Assembly: GCF_001194135.2 (NCBI RefSeq)
Contig: NC_068992.1
Location: 38,447,587-38,511,586 of the forward strand
Source of the DNA: Octopus bimaculoides
Taxonomy: Eukaryota
DNA: 64,000 nucleotides
Reading direction: 5' to 3'
Shown here: positions 63,763-64,000 of the stretch, piece after piece
How the letters are laid out: every line of letters begins with the position of its first letter
Numbering within the stretch: the first letter of the stretch is position 1
The notes under the pieces: model-generated
The model's input: the letters and a program-made list of their open reading frames with translations, nothing else
Databases searched by the model: none
Told to the model about the DNA's origin: nothing
Position numbers and translations under genes: made by a program

Positions 63763-64000
63763 GTTTAACGTCCGCTTTCCATGCTAGCATGGGTTGGACG
63801 ATTTGACTGAGGACTGGTGAAACCGGATGGCAACACCAGGCTCCAGTCTGATTTGCCAGAGTTTCTACAGCTGGATGCCCTTCCTAACGCCAACCACTCA
63901 GAGAGTGTAGTGGGTGCTTTTACGTGTCACCCGCACGAAAACGGCCATGCTCGAAATGGTGTCTTTTATGTGCCACCCGCACAAGCCAGTCCAGGGGCAC

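Overview
Eukaryotic, AT-rich, repeat-saturated genomic DNA with nine N-gaps. The SINE repertoire and microsatellite load point to an octopus/coleoid cephalopod (inference from repeat families, not a database match). Almost all ORFs in the supplied track are artefacts of microsatellites, SINEs or gaps. Unique sequence is CpG-rich up to about 2.9 kb, which suggests a promoter or first-exon zone, and is CpG-depleted from about 2.9 to 63.5 kb, consistent with a methylated gene body. In that span I can assemble by hand a tentative plus-strand spliced gene (ATG 4474, terminal exon 55241-55346, about 243 aa, C-terminal CaaX-like CCVIF). I do not recognise its family, and several of its small exons are weak. 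A possible small divergent minus-strand gene lies at 882-2288. The rest is transposon debris: three SINE families, Helentron-type HINEs, piggyBac/Tigger/hAT MITEs, mariner and hAT transposase remnants, and R4/Dong, RTE, Tx1/L1 and L2/CR1 LINE fragments. The most notable items are a twin-primed (5'-inverted) RTE insertion, a set of (TAA)n-associated elements around a Dong/R4 LINE, degenerate minimal hammerhead ribozyme motifs, a telomere-repeat-bearing foldback element with a 6-bp TSD, and a doubled U6 fragment. No CRISPR, rRNA or intact tRNA genes are present. Repeat coordinates are approximate (about +/-10-20 bp) unless a junction is quoted.
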